A stretch of 48,763 bases of DNA from a virus: the IMG/VR virus record IMGVR_UViG_3300043640_000055, positions 1 to 48,763 of that record, one strand, 5' to 3'. The position numbers were made by a program, and so were the translations under genes. This document shows, piece by piece, positions 48,173-48,763 of this stretch; the first letter of the stretch is position 1; each line of letters opens with the position of its first letter. Below the pieces are notes generated by a model, which ran no database searches, was not told where the DNA came from, and worked only from the letters and a program-made list of their open reading frames with translations.

Positions 48173-48763
48173 ATGCTGGATACATCATGTTACACGGGCG
48201 ACGATGCCGCGAAGGTCATCAACCACAAGAAGAACGCGCTATCTTCTCAGCTTCTCTTGCGGAGGCTCCAGAGGCATCACTACGAGCAGGCGCCGGAATC
48301 GTACAAGAGCAGATGCGTTCCCTCGACCATCATCGGCAATCCGCTGTTGAACCTCTGCAAGTTCATCAACCCGCCGCCCGCACTCAATGACGACGAGCTG
48401 CCCGATTGCGTCATGCTTGAGGAATACCGAACGGTACAGGCCGGGTCGATCAAAACCATTCTGACCGTGGTCAGCCACTACTACAAAATCTCGATCGAGC
48501 GGATCATTGGTCGAAGCAACACCGCGCCCACTGTTCGCGCGAGGCACGTCGCGATGTATCTGGCGAGCGAATGTACAACGCATTCCGCCGCCGGCATGGG
48601 CCGCGCCTTCGCGAAAGACCACACGGTTATTCTATACGCAGCAAGGAAGATCGCCAAGGAAATAGCGGAAAGCCAAATCCTGGCGCTGCAAGTGTCGATC
48701 ATGAAGCAGCAGATCAACGCGCTGGATTCGATGCCGACGCCGGAAATGGTGCAGGCCGCAAGA
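48173..48763 (+). CDS. 5' part of a wrap-around gene (continues at 128..316, 260 aa in total) carrying a DnaA domain IV-like HTH
   Basis: ATG at 48173; the frame stays open to the window end, so it is absent from the ORF track. IKTILTVVSHYYKISIERIIGRSNTAPTVRARHVAMYLASECTTHSAAGMGRAFAKDHTVILYAARKI aligns by eye to the E. coli DnaA C-terminal DNA-binding domain (YYKI..R.R..AM.LA.E.T.HS...G.AF..DHTTVLHA.RKI). Confidence 0.75.
   Translation, partial: MLDTSCYTGDDAAKVINHKKNALSSQLLLRRLQRHHYEQAPESYKSRCVPSTIIGNPLLNLCKFINPPPALNDDELPDCVMLEEYRTVQAGSIKTILTVVSHYYKISIERIIGRSNTAPTVRARHVAMYLASECTTHSAAGMGRAFAKDHTVILYAARKIAKEIAESQILALQVSIMKQQINALDSMPTPEMVQAAR
48637..48763. repeat. Terminal overlap copy 2, identical to 1..127
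   Basis: Exact 127-nt identity with the window start. Confidence 0.95.

Noticed and set aside
1-48763. Looked for CRISPR arrays, rRNA, complete tRNAs, transposases/IS ends, reverse transcriptase/DGR template-variable repeats, and retron-like elements
   Set aside because: I saw no regularly spaced direct repeats, no YxDD-type RT motif or DDE transposase in any ORF, and no TR/VR-like duplication of fibre C-termini. The only long repeats are the ones reported above. A by-eye scan cannot exclude short or degenerate elements.

Overview
The window is one closed circular replicon. Bases 1-127 are identical to 48637-48763, so the unique length is 48,636 bp. It reads as a complete temperate tailed-phage genome of about 59% GC. 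GapR/DUF2312, GcrA-like, DUF4406 and NNPP-type proteins suggest an alphaproteobacterial (Rhizobiales-like) host; this host call is inference only.

Layout on the circle:
1. A rightward early/replication arm runs 47148 -> junction -> 4838. It holds an HNH-AP2 endonuclease, a DnaA-domain-IV/GcrA-like fusion that spans the junction, an NPPF DNA methyltransferase, DUF4406, RusA, a GapR-like protein, a replication organiser and a putative late regulator.
2. A lower-GC accessory cassette sits at 4883-6330. It holds a dual-HTH XRE regulator, a candidate sRNA and an orphan tRNA-Gly 3' fragment.
3. A P22-like morphogenesis module spans 6359-27535: TerS, TerL, portal, GroES-like, scaffold, HK97-type capsid, beta-helix and SGNH-esterase fibres, gp4-like and gp10-like tail proteins, a GNAT, three ejection-type proteins and a second fibre.
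4. Two minus-strand morons lie at 27610-28035.
5. The lysis region spans 28327-30781: an M15 endolysin with a C-terminal TM anchor, overlapping spanins and a secreted RlpA-like protein.
6. A long leftward arm runs 45363 -> 30729. It holds Rad52-type annealase, SSB, HNH, a Lar fusion, a Xis-like ORF, tyrosine integrase, attP with a tRNA 3' fragment, a second methyltransferase and many small Zn-ribbon and micro-membrane proteins.
7. The immunity switch lies at 45400-46400: a short CI-like repressor coupled to a lipoprotein, a Cro-like gene, and near-identical PL and PR promoter/operator cassettes.

Signals not explained by the genes:
- A strand-polar 11-mer, CCTGACTTCTC, occurs at least 5 times.
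- A roughly 35-47-bp repeat sits upstream of three Cys-rich gene groups.
- A 39-bp perfect direct repeat brackets the tail and ejection module.
- Two paralogous micro-membrane genes lie in the leftward arm.

No rRNA, complete tRNA, CRISPR array, transposase or reverse transcriptase was seen. All product calls rest on motif recognition by eye, with no database search.
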